From Balanoglossus misakiensis (Eukaryota > Animalia > Hemichordata): a stretch of 64,000 nucleotides of DNA. The stretch covers positions 18,151,028-18,215,027 of the forward strand of contig CM082576.2 of the NCBI GenBank assembly GCA_040954595.2, given 5' to 3'. The notes below the pieces were generated by a model. That model did not search any database. It was not told the DNA's origin and worked only from the letters and a program-made list of their open reading frames with translations. A program made the position numbers and the translations under genes. Of this stretch, positions 36,498-48,476 are shown piece by piece; position 1 is the first letter of the stretch; each line of letters opens with the position of its first letter.

Positions 36498-37659
36498 GTG
36501 AGTATCTACAATTGGGAGAAAGTAAGATGTAGGTGTTTGTGCAATGTAAGTGTCCAATACATGTACATGTATATGTGACACTGAAATTACACATTGTACA
36601 CTCAATAATTGGTAAATGTCTATTATTCATGACACAAATCAACATACAGTCAAACCTCTGTGACTGGCCACCTCTATTAAACAGCCACCTCTATATAGTG
36701 CCCACTTTATTCTAGTCCCTGTGTAATTTATATCTACATTAATTGACTTTTCTACCAGGTATAATGGCCACCTGTCTATAAAGGCCAGTTTAGGAAAGTC
36801 CCTTTACTAGCCATAATGGACAGGTTTGACTGCACTTGTGTTGATTTCTGTCTGTAATACGTGTAACACAATCATAAAATTTTTCATAAAGAGGGCACAC
36901 TTCCAAAATAAGGTGTCATCTCCAAGCAGACAATGTGAAAAAGGAGGCCAGTTGGTTACAGAGTACTGCTCGAGCTCATCTTCTTTGTTGTATACATGAT
37001 ACAAGTTGCGTGTAAAACTGACCTTACAATAAAATGTGGCTGTCGAAAATCTGTCCCAACTATAGTGTTGATACACAAGACAAAGTTTTTACTCTTTGAC
37101 CAACTGGCCTCATGTTTGCGTCTTGGAAGGGCACCCTCTTTATGAAAAAGGCATATGATATCACTACAAGGAATAAATTAACACGATAGAACATTGCTGA
37201 TTAATGTCATAGATCATGATAACATGAATGCATAGCAATGTTTTGTTACAATTTGGTACATAAAGAAATGGACTACTGTGACAGTATTGACTCTGGGCAC
37301 TACGTAGATGATTCCCAGCCTCAAAATTCTGACTTGCTTCACCGTTGGAAGAAGTCAGTTTTCAGGTTAACATGTATATTTGTACAGAGTGTGGCATTAG
37401 TGAGTGGTTGCATCACATCAATGCATGACAAAAGGTCATCACTGTGTAAGACTCAGAAATAGAATTTGAATACAATTCCTATTAAACAAAATATTCTAAA
37501 ATTTACATGTTATTTTAACACCTGTTTACTCCTATAAAAGTGAGTGCACGTGTTTTCGAGGTCTCTTCAATTCAGAAGCCACTGTGTAGGCCTTAGTTGG
37601 TACATGCAGCGCGTAGACTTAGAAATTAAGTTCAAGTCCAGTTGACCATCTCACACTTC

Positions 37660-37715
37660 TGGCACTGGTGGGATTCAAACCAACGCCATCGAAATGACTG
37701 CAGGTGTCTAAAACC
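37660..37715 (-). pseudogene. 3' half of a tRNA-Leu-like sequence (tRNA pseudogene or SINE head); second copy at 47443-47498
   Basis: Minus strand reads ggttttagacacc..cagtcatttcgatggcgttggtttgaatcccaccagtgcca: anticodon arm, long variable arm, degenerate B box. The 5' half is absent. Confidence 0.55.
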
Positions 37716-37951
37716 CCCTGACTGTAGGACACAAATGCCTGACAGTGATATAACTATGTTATAATGTTACATCGACAATACATAAGTTTGGGGATATGTT
37801 GTCTCAAATGATCAAATTGAGACAAATTATCCCCATCTTGTTATAATCTGAGCCCAGTTGTCTTTGGTGTGAGATTCCAGTAGTTAAGAGTAGGCTTATC
37901 TTGAATAATGTAATGCTTGTAAATTATTTCGAATTTCTTCTTACCCTCCAG

Positions 37952-38074
37952 ATATGAATAAATGTCACAGTTGTGGAAATGCGTGTCAACACTATTGTCA
38001 GAATACCCATGGTAGTTATTGCTGCGCTTGCAGACAAGGCTTCAATGTGCTGGAGGATGGCCATGCATGTGCAG
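37952..38074 (+). pseudogene. cbEGF exon E1, copy b
   Basis: DMNKCHSCGNACQHYCQNTHGSYCCACRQGFNVLEDGHAC; 123 nt, phase 1-1; has extra cysteines. Confidence 0.85.
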
Positions 38075-38742
38075 GTATGTAACTGTGGATATTGATCTCT
38101 TCTGTGGCTACACTGTTTGGGGATTGTATATTGCTATGGTTACAATAAAACATGCATCCTGTCTGTCCATTGCACACATTTTAAAATTTGAAATCAACCG
38201 CACACTCGTACTGAACACATGTTTGTTGAAATTGTATCTCAGAATTTTTCCATTTATAATTATGCATAATATAAACAAATTAACAAATGTGAAAACTTAT
38301 CTTTGAAAATTTGTTTGCAAGGGTGAAAAATTAATCTGTTGTTTTAAAAATCAGACAAAGTTTTGCTGACAGGGTACACGAGTTTCAGGGGATTTTGTTA
38401 AAATGAGAATGATAGAGAGTGTTAAAATTCCTAGATTCTGAGATTGCCATGGATATTGAGGACTTTGACGTAAAAACAATTAATTGATCAAGAAATATGT
38501 GGTTAAGTATATGTGTGATCAACCTCACACTATACTATAAGACTGTCTGATATATTTATGCACAAGTACAATGTATTTTCACTACTTATATGCATAACTC
38601 AATCAAATTAACATAATTTATTGACCTATAGCTAAATAAATTACCACAGCAAAGAATAAATATTCACTTAGAAAATTCATATAGTTTTCATCTCATTTTA
38701 AAGACATTAAAAATGCTTCTCCGAGGGGTACAATAATTTTTA

Positions 38743-39294
38743 GGGTAAGCCTAATTCAAGATTCACGTTTCAAGATTCACGTTTCATGTTCCACAGCCCA
38801 AGATTCATATTATGATTCAGATTCCAGTCTTGTCTAATATGTTTATGCTGCCGTAACCAGGGGTGTGAACGATTGTTTATTGTCCTCGATCCCCGCCCAA
38901 GCAAGGTTCCCCAAATATTCTGTTCGATTATCGCGTGACGTCATTGTCGGGTATCTCGTCAAGTTCAGTTTCAACAACATTTTTCAAAGAGAGATGCACC
39001 CTATTTATTATTTTCTAACACATGAATGACCCTAGGCCTGAGATCGCACCATGGCCGGAAATCTTGGTATTCACAGATACTTTTAAGCGTAATTCTGATA
39101 TAATTGATAGGTTTAGGTATATTTTACAACCGATAACTTAAGCAAAGGACTAATTCCTATATTCTGAATCAAGTGAAAGCAATGTAGATGGCGAAAGGAT
39201 GTGACAAGACTCGAATCTGAATCAGAATATGAATCTTGGGCTGTGGAACGTGAAACGTGAAACTTGAAACGTGAATCTTGAATTAGGCTTACCC
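38743..39294. mobile_element. Uninterrupted paralogous copy of the MULE-type MITE
   Basis: Same TIRs and taattttta TSD; shows the empty site aagcaatgtaga. Confidence 0.88.
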
Positions 39295-39685
39295 TAATTT
39301 TTAATGGGTATATTCTTGATAACTCATCACCATGAATGATCATTTCAAAACTTAACAAGGCATATGGCTAAAGAGGATTCAGTGTTTGTGCACCTTCTAT
39401 CTGCAATGCTGGATCTATTGACAGTTTTCAAAGGGGTTTAAAGACTCGTCTTTTTATTCAGTACTTTCTATTTCATTCCATTGCTTTTTTGGTTAATAGG
39501 GACTGTCTTTCAGAACTCTTTGGTTTGTTTCGTGTTTTTAAGTGTAATTTATTATCTATTAAGCTTTCACTTGTTTTCTAATTTTATTATTTTCTGTAGA
39601 AAATGCGCTGAGATGTATGTGTATTATGTTTGTCAGGAAATAAATAATAATAAAATTAAAAATAATAAACTATCTTTGATTTCAG

Positions 39686-39802
39686 ATGTCAATGAATGTA
39701 TGGAGAGAGCAGATCTTTGTGAAGGCCAGTGTGTGAATACAGCAGGCTCTTTTTATTGCACTTGTGTTGTGGGATATTGATTGGTCAATGGAGAGTGTAC
39801 AG
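39686..39802 (+). pseudogene. cbEGF exon E2, copy b (same TGA)
   Basis: Matches 33709-33825. Confidence 0.88.
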
Positions 39803-40860
39803 GTAAGACCAGCACAATATGTGGGCAACGAAAGGTCCTGTATCTGTAACTTTTGAATTTGTATTCAATATTATTCTGGGTGTCACCCATCATTTCTTGT
39901 TCAGCTCGGTGAAGCTAGGTAAGCAATGTTGTTATTGTTTAAACATTGTATTCAAGCCTGGGTCTGGACTTGGATGCAATTTGTCAATAATAACAGTGAT
40001 TGGTAACTGCATGTTTACATAACTGGCTAACTGTTAAAAAGACCAGCTGTTCTTTTTGCTGTGTGTACAGTACACATGCCATTGGCAGCTTATGGCTTAG
40101 TCAGTGTTTGCCTGTTGATTTCTCTATGTGTGTGTGTCTGTCTGTCTGTATATGTACTCCGGTGTAGACTTTTTTATTGTGTTATCCCTGAATGGGACCA
40201 TTGTGTCCTTAACGCGATGTTGTACACTCAGCAGCGATATTTTGTCTAACACGAGCAAAAATATCCCCAACTCGTCTGAGAAATCTTATCCCAGGTCCTA
40301 AGGTTGTGAGATTTATGGAATCTCACACTCTCAAGGACTTAGGATCATATTTCTCACATGTGTTGAGGATTTTCTGTCCCAAACAAGCTGCAGGCGAATG
40401 TGGGACAAAATATCAATGACGAGTGTGAGAAATATGATCCCAGGTCCTTGATGTATGAGATTATATTTCTCATACGGCCACAAATTAGCCAAATTCATCT
40501 GAAAACATTGAATAAATGACTCTTGTATCGCGTCATAGGATAACATTTAACACACGTTATTAAAGAACGCTTTGTCATCCAATCAGCGATCGCGCCATAA
40601 ACAGCTTTCGATTCAGTGAGAATGTGGGATTGATTTGTTCTCACACTCTGATCCCACACTCTCAGCATGCCAGGAGTGTGAGAATCTATTTAGATCTACG
40701 AGTTTGAAATCTTAGGTGAAGAGTTTATCAATTTCACTGCCAACCCTGTAGGGCATTCTGGGATATGTGTACATGCCAAAGCACAAACAGCCATGACCTG
40801 ACAGCTCAGTTTGTAAATCATTTCTACAAATCCACAAAGAGACTCAAAGTTTAGTTTCAG

Positions 40861-40980
40861 ATGTGAATGAGTGTTCAGATTCTGTTTGTGCTGGAGGGTG
40901 TCTAAATGCAGAGGGTGGATTCAGCTGTAGTTGTGGTGATGATGGTTTCTCTCTGAGTGCAGATCATGTCAATTGTTTAG
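40861..40980 (+). pseudogene. cbEGF exon E3, copy b
   Basis: DVNECSDSVCAGGC...; the upstream polypyrimidine tract is largely deleted relative to the other copies. Confidence 0.85.
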
Positions 40981-41413
40981 GTAAGTTTTTTTTTGAGTGG
41001 GGAGGAGATAGGCCAAAATGGCTTGTCATTTCAAAAGGGTGCTTACACAAGTTGTAAGTGGCAAAGATTACAGCGAGTCACCTTGTAAAAAAAATAATAA
41101 ATAAAAGTTATCAGGCACTTTCCAAAGTTACACATTTAAAAAACTTGAGTTTGTTGTCTCATGTGTGATATTTTTGGCTTGCAGAACACTGGCTTATTAA
41201 ATGTAATGTGGTTACTACATTGTTTGTTAATCAGTTTACAGTACTGGTACAGATAAACATATGATATAACCAAGTTATATGCCAGATGATATTTATTAAG
41301 TTTCACACAAAATTGCTCTCTTGTTGTATATTTTCAAATGTGCACTCAAAGACAACTGTAATTCAGATGTATTCATTCAAACACAATTTATCATATTTGT
41401 GTTTTCCCCACAG

Positions 41414-41539
41414 ATGACAATGAGTGCGATCAAGCTGGTTGTTCACCGTGCCAACAAGTATGTAACAACACACCAGCCAGTTACCAGTGTGGTTGTAGAC
41501 CAGGATTTAAGTTGCACAGAAATCAACATACATGTGTTG
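41414..41539 (+). pseudogene. cbEGF exon E4, copy b, intact ([42 protein letters not shown])
   Basis: ccccacag/gtgagt boundaries, phase 1-1, open frame. Confidence 0.85.
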
Positions 41540-42429
41540 GTGAGTATCTACAATTTGGAGAGAAAGTAAGATGTATGTGTTTGTACTATGTAAGTGTCTA
41601 ATACATGTACATGTATATGTGAAACTGAAATCATACATTGTACAGTCAGTCATTGGTAAATGTCTGCTATTCATGACACAAATCAACATACAGTCAAACC
41701 TGTCTGAGTGGCCACCTCTATGAAACAGCCACATATATATAGTGGCCACTTTATTCTGGTCCCTGTGTAATTTATATCTACATTAATTGACTTTTCTACC
41801 AGGTATAATGGCCACCTGTCTATAAAGGCCAGTTTAGGAAAGTCTCTTCACTAGCCATAATGGGCAGGTTTGACTGCACTTGTGTTAATTTCTGTCTGTT
41901 ATACATGTAACAGAACACTTCATGAATCATGACATTATAGGCTTTTTCATAAAGAGGGCACACTTCCAAAATAAGGTGTCATCTCCAAGCAGACAATGTG
42001 AAAAAGGAGGCCGGTAGGTTACAGAGTACTGCTTGAGCTCATCTAGTTTGTTGTATACATGATACAAGTTGCGTGTAAAACTGACCTTACAATAAAATGT
42101 GGCTGTGGAAAGTCAGTCCCAACTATAGTGTTGATACACAAGACAATCGAGTTTTTACTCTGGCCTCGTGTTCGCGTCTTGGAAGGGTAACATGACTGCA
42201 TAGCAATGTTTTATTACAATTTGATACATAGAGAAATGGACTACTGTGACAGTATTAATTCTAGGAACTATGTAAATGATTCCCAGCCTCAAAATTCTGA
42301 CTGTCTACAATTATATTTTTTAGCATTTTTGTTGTGTATATCAACTGCACTTTCAAGTACAGTCAAACCCGTCTAACACCAAAGGGACTGAAGAAATTAT
42401 TCAGATTGCAGGTGTCCAATTTAAATTTT

Positions 42430-44915
42430 CTCTCCTGTCACAAAAATTGCATGGGAATTCTAATTCTAAAAGGAAATCTCATTTGATAAAAGATCTCAAA
42501 GTCAAGTTTTGGATGTGGCTCCAGTTCAAGTATTGTATGTGATTAATTTTCTGGAGCTCAAGTCTGTATACATAAAGTAGAGTTGGTCACATGGACTTGG
42601 GTAATCTGAGTGTGGTCAGAAATTGAACTTACACACATTGATTGAGTTAAGAACATGTCTGGTGTATTACTGTAATATGACTAGATACTGCAAATGCATT
42701 AACTATAAGCGTTTGTTAAAATATGCAGTTTTCATCGACATATCTGATTCACAAAATTAAATACACATGTTCATTAAAACCCACTATGATAGAGCGCCCC
42801 CACTGTTCAGAATGTCAGTTTTGAAGTCCTACATCTATGACATCATGCCTAGCTGTCAATGTTAACTGATGTGTACTTGTACTACTAGTAAATGGAAGTA
42901 CTTTAAAGTAAAGCTGAGATGCAAGGGTTTTGTAAAATAAATATAATATTAAAACGTTGCCATCATTTTAGTCCTTTGGAACAGCGGTCCAATTGACTAA
43001 TGTGATCACTCTGTGTGCGGCATATGGCATATTAAGCATTTAGCATTTTTCAATCAGAAGCCGTTAATCCTGTGATTAATTCTGCTTCTTGCAACATTGA
43101 TTTTAAATCACCACACATGAATATTTTTGTCCAAAGGACTGTGGTGCCCAAGTTTTTATGATGAGATAAACAAACAGTGAAATTCACTGAAGAAGTGAGT
43201 GAGCACTTGCCCTATCATTGTTCAATGAAAGGTGACCACCAAACTCAGCAAGGAGAATTCATCTGACGCCTTGAGCATACCAACAACAACCAATGTATTG
43301 AAAATACTTTCTGAAACCTTTCAGTCGATGTTGCTTGATGTATATTGTATGACTGGACTCGATCATTAGGTTTTTTTGCATTGACATTTTCAGCAGCGTA
43401 TCAAACTATTTTTTATTTGAGTTCATCATCGTAGTGATGGTAGTTTGTTTCTTCATGTGTGAAGTGACATCATTGTTGACAGTTTCAATCTGATCAGGTG
43501 ACATGCCACATTGGTATATTTTGTGAACATCAACAGTATTGTTTTAATGTGGTTGACTGACATCACTTGGGGTTGGATAAAGTGCTTTCTGAGCGATATT
43601 ATAACAGCAGCTATCAAGAATGTAAAAAATATTGAAAACAGGCCATATCCTTAGCATTCCCTTTCATATTGTGTCTGCATTGCAATTGGTGATGTACAAA
43701 GTCCTTTTGACAACACGCATGGCTGGTTTGTTGTTGTTTTTTGTAAGAAACAAGTCTTTGATTTCCTGACTGCTAATTGCTGTCTTTGTACTACACTTCT
43801 AGTAATATCTCCATTTCTAGCTTTGCACCTCACATTTAATAAATAGACTTGTGGATGTTTTGACACTTCTTGACAATGAAAGTGTATGGTTGCAGTGATC
43901 AAATGATACACAAATCAAAGGAACAAAGAGTGACTTTTCATTCTTTTGAGAACCTTGCATTCTTATATTTAAATGCTTGCCCACTGGCCCTAGGTGTAAA
44001 ATAGCAAAATTTTATCCATTTACTATATTAAAAAAATATTGTGCCAAAGAGTTGGAAGTCCAAATATCTTTACTTAATAATTTAATACTTTAATAATTAC
44101 TCACAGTTTCCCTTAAGGTTTGGCCAACCTCTGGTGAAAGGATGACCTGTGATATAGTGTTTTAAATTGGAATATAATATGAGGTTATTACGAAAATACC
44201 ACAAAGTATGCACAAGGACATTAGCGCCAAGTATCTCCCGACGCGCAGCGGAGGGCGATGCGCGGCGCTAATGTCCGAGTGCATACTTTGCTGTATTTTT
44301 GTAATAACCTTATTATTATACATCTTACATCTCCGTTAGTTCTTGTGTTGCATGTTACTTGGCTTTTAAAACGCCCAAAATGCCGATACAATCGATCGTA
44401 AACCGCTCAGCTGAAACAGTGAGCAGCCTTCTTTTTTTTTGTTTACGTGCGTTGGAGCGGGGGTGTCTTGAAACCGTCTGCATAACAACACATACCTGTA
44501 CAAAGTGAGTTGGGGTGCCTTGAAACTTGGGGCGTATTTAACACGCGTTACGTATGTACTATTCCGTACAGCTTTTTTAGTGCACGCTAAATTCTACTGT
44601 TCTCGGTGCCAGATGTATAATAAATACATATATTTTAAATATTTCATATTTTCAATCTAGAAGTAGGAGCTGCTTCCTCAAAATATAATTGACTGTCAGA
44701 ATGAAAGGCAAGCAATTCAGGCAAATTAACTCTAACACAACAACTCTTCAATTAAATAATTGACATCAGACAACCACAAAGGCGATTTTCAATTAATTTG
44801 TATGAATTCAAATGCAGTTAACAGATTTAAAATTACTGGTAGGCGTAGATTTTGTCAGCGTTTTCCTTCATGAGTTACTTTGCGATTAGTTTGTTCTGTG
44901 TAGTTGAATTGAACA
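42430..44915 (+). repeat. Older duplicated block, paralogous to ~53630-55500
   Basis: Colinear, visibly diverged sequence with indels (e.g. ctgtcacaaaaattgcatggg and ...gaacagtg shared). Confidence 0.85.
44177..44623. mobile_element. Non-autonomous element with a long terminal hairpin and asymmetric inverted repeat (Crypton- or Helentron-like, uncertain)
   Basis: ~145-bp palindrome at 44175-44320; ttattatacatc / gatgtataataa; absent from the paralogue at ~55195. Confidence 0.65.
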
Positions 44916-45621
44916 GTGTTTGGTCTGTTCATAGTACTGTACAAGTGTCATATTTCTCACATGAGTTGGGGATTTTCTGTCCCAAACAAGCTGCAAGCGA
45001 ATGTGGGACAAAATATCCCTGACGAGTGTGAGAAATATGATCCCGGGTCCTTGGTGTATGAGATTATATTTCTCACACGGCTACAAATTAGCCAAATTCG
45101 TTAAATAAATGACTCTTGAACTGTCATCTGGCACATTGTAGATTCTGTATCGCGTCATTGGATAACATTTAGCACATGTTGTTAAAGAACTCTTTCATCC
45201 AATCAGTGCTCGCATCATATACAGCTCTCGATTCAGTGAGAATGTGGGATTGATTTGTTCTCACACTCTGATCCAACACTCTCAGCATGCCAGGAGTGTG
45301 AGAATCTATTACGAGTTTGAAATCTTAGGTGAAGAGTTTATCAATTTCACTGCCAACCCTGTAGGGCATTCTGGGATATGTGTTCATGCCAAAGCACAAA
45401 CAGTTATGACCTGACAGCTCAGTTTGTAGATCATTTCTACAAATCCACAAAGAGACTCAAAGTTTAGAAATGTTGTGTCGGTTAGAAATATTAGAAGTAT
45501 CACTGTTAATACTTTATTTCAAAGCCATGTGAATTTGTTCACATTAGGGAAATTTTTAAAGGAAGGGAGGATTGGTATTGTCTTGAATAATTACAATGGA
45601 TGTTTTGTTCTCTATTTTCAG

Positions 45622-45744
45622 ATGTGAATAATGAGTGTTCAGATTCTGTTTGTGCTGGAGGTTGTCTCAATGCAGAGGGTGGATTCAGCTGTAGTTGTGG
45701 TGATGATGGTTTCTCTCTGAGTGCAGATCATGTCAATTGTTTAG
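45622..45744 (+). pseudogene. cbEGF exon E3, copy c
   Basis: Matches 35844-35966. Confidence 0.85.
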
Positions 45745-46167
45745 GTAAGTTTTTTTTGAGTGGGGAGGGGATAGACCAACAATTGCTTTGCATTTCCTGC
45801 CTCAAAAGGGCGCTTACACATGTTGTATGTGACAAAGATTATAGCGAGTCACCATGTAAAAATAATAATAAATAAAAGTTATGAGGCACTTTCCAAAGTT
45901 ACACATTTAGAAAAAAATGAGTTTGTTGTCTCGTGTGTGATATTTTTGGCTAACAAAACACTAGCTTCTAATGTGGTTACTACATTGTTTGTTTATCAGT
46001 ATACAGTACTGGTACAGATAAACATATGATATGACCAAGTTATATGCCAGATGATATTTATCAAGTTTCACACAATTTTGCTCTCTTGTCGTATATTTTT
46101 TTCAAAGCCAACTGTACATGTAATTCAGATGTATTCATTCAAACACAATTTATCATATTTGTGTTTT

Positions 46168-46276
46168 CAAGCTGGTTGGTCACCATGCCAACAAGCATGT
46201 TACAACACACCAACCAGTTACCAGTGTGGTTGCAGACCAGGATTTAAGTTGCACAGAAATCAACAAACATGTGTTG
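46168..46276 (+). pseudogene. cbEGF exon E4, copy c (acceptor deleted)
   Basis: Matches 36389-36497, including the deletion. Confidence 0.8.
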
Positions 46277-47734
46277 GTGAGTATCTACAATTGGGAGAAA
46301 ATAAGATGTAGGTGTTTGTGCAATGTTAGTGTCCAATACATGTACATGTATATGTGACACTGAAATTACACATTGTACACTCAATAATTGGTAAATGTCT
46401 ATTATTCATGACACAAATCAACATACAGTCAAACCTCTGTGACTGGCCACCTCTATTAAACAGCCACCTCTATATAGTGCCCACTTTATTTTAGTCCCTG
46501 TGTAATTTATATCTACATTAATTGACTTTTCTACCAGGTATAATGGCCACCTGTCTATAAAGGCCAGTTTAGGAAAGTCCCTTTACTAGCCATAATGGAC
46601 AGGTTTGACTGCACTTGTGTTGATTTCTGTCTGTAATACGTGTAACACAATCATAAAATTTTTCATAAAGAGGGCACACTTCCAAAATAAGGTGTCATCT
46701 CCAAACAGACAATGTGAAAAAGGAGGCCGGTTGGTTACAGAGTACTGCTCGAGCTCATCTACTTTGTTGTATACATGATACAAGTTGCGTGTAAAACTGA
46801 CCTTACAATAAAATGTGGCTGTCGAAAGTCTGTCCCAACTATAGTGTTGATACACAAGACAAAGTTTTTACTCTTTGACCACCTGGCCTCATGTTTGCGT
46901 CTTGGAAGGGCACCCTCTTTATGAAAAAGGCATATGATATCACTACAAGGAATAAATTAACATGATAGAACATTGCTGATTAATGTCATAGATCATGATA
47001 ACATGAATGCATAGCAATGTTTTGTTACAATTTGGTACATAAAGAAATGGACTACTGTGACAGTATTGACTCTGGGCACTACGTAGATGATTCCCAGCCT
47101 CAAAATTCTGACTTGCTTCACCGTTGGAAGAAGTCAGTTTTCAGGTTAACATGTATATTTGTACAGAGTGTGGCATTAGTGAGTGGTTGCATCACATCAA
47201 TGCATGATAAAAGGTCATCACTGTGTAAGACTCAGAAATAGAATTTGAATACAAATCCTATTAAACAAAATATTCTAAAATTTACATGTTATTTTAACAC
47301 CTGTTTACTCCTATAAAAGTGAGTGCATGTGTTTTCGAGTTCTCTTCAATCCAGAAGCCACTGTATAGGCCTTAGTTGGTGCATGTAGCTCCAAGACTTA
47401 GAAATAAAGACGCCTCAAGTCCAGTTGACCATCTCACACTTCTGGCACTGGTGGGATTCAAACCAACGCCATCGAAATGACTGCAGGTGTCTAAAACCCC
47501 CTGACTGTAGGACACAAATGCCTGACAGTGATATAACTATGTTATAATGTTACGTCGACACTACATAAGTTTGGGGATATGTTGTCTCAAATGATGAAAT
47601 TGAGAAAAATTATCCCCATCTTGTTATAATCTGAGCCCAGTTGTCTTTGGTGTGAGATTCCAGTAGTTAAGAGTAGGCTTATCTTGAATAAAGTAATGCT
47701 TGTAAATTATTTCGAATTTCTTCTTACCCTCCAG

Positions 47735-47857
47735 ATATGAATAAATGTCACAGTTGTGGAAATGCGTGTCAACACTATTGTCAGAATACCCATGGTAGTT
47801 ATTGCTGCGCTTGCAGACAAGGCTTCAATGTGCTGGAGGATGACCATGCATGTGCAG
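47735..47857 (+). pseudogene. cbEGF exon E1, copy c
   Basis: Nearly identical to 37952-38074. Confidence 0.85.
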
Positions 47858-48476
47858 GTATGTAACTGTGGATATTGATCTCTTCTGTGGCTACACTGTT
47901 TGGGGATTGTATATTGCTATGGTTACAATAAAACATGCATCCTGTCTGTCCATTGCACACATTTTAAAATTTGAAATCAACCGCACACTCGTACTGAACA
48001 CATGTTTGTTGAAATTGTATCTCAGAAATTTTCCAATTATAATTATGCATAATATAAACAAATTAACAAATGTGAAAACTTAGCATTGAAAATGTGTTTG
48101 CAAGGGTGAAAAAGTAATCTGTATTTTAAAAATCAGACAAAGTTTTGCTGACAGGGTACACAAGTTTCAGGGGATTTTGTTAAAATGAGAATGATAGAGA
48201 GTGTTAAAATTCCTAGAAAGAGATTGCCATGGATATTGAGGACTTTGGTGTAAAAACAATCAACTGATCAATTAATATGTGGTTACGAATATGTGTCATC
48301 AACCTCACCTTCTATCCGCAATGCTGGATCTATAGACAGTTTTAAAAGGGGTTTAAAAACTCGTCTTTTTATTCTGCACAATTTCATTTAATTGCTTTTT
48401 TTGGTTTAAAGGGAATGTCTTTCAGAACTGTTTTGGTTTCTTTGGGGTTTTTAAGTGTAATTTTTTTATCCTTTAA

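Noticed and set aside
37660-37715. Functional tRNA-Leu gene
   Set aside because: The 5' acceptor strand and D arm are missing and the T loop is mutated; kept only as a relic.
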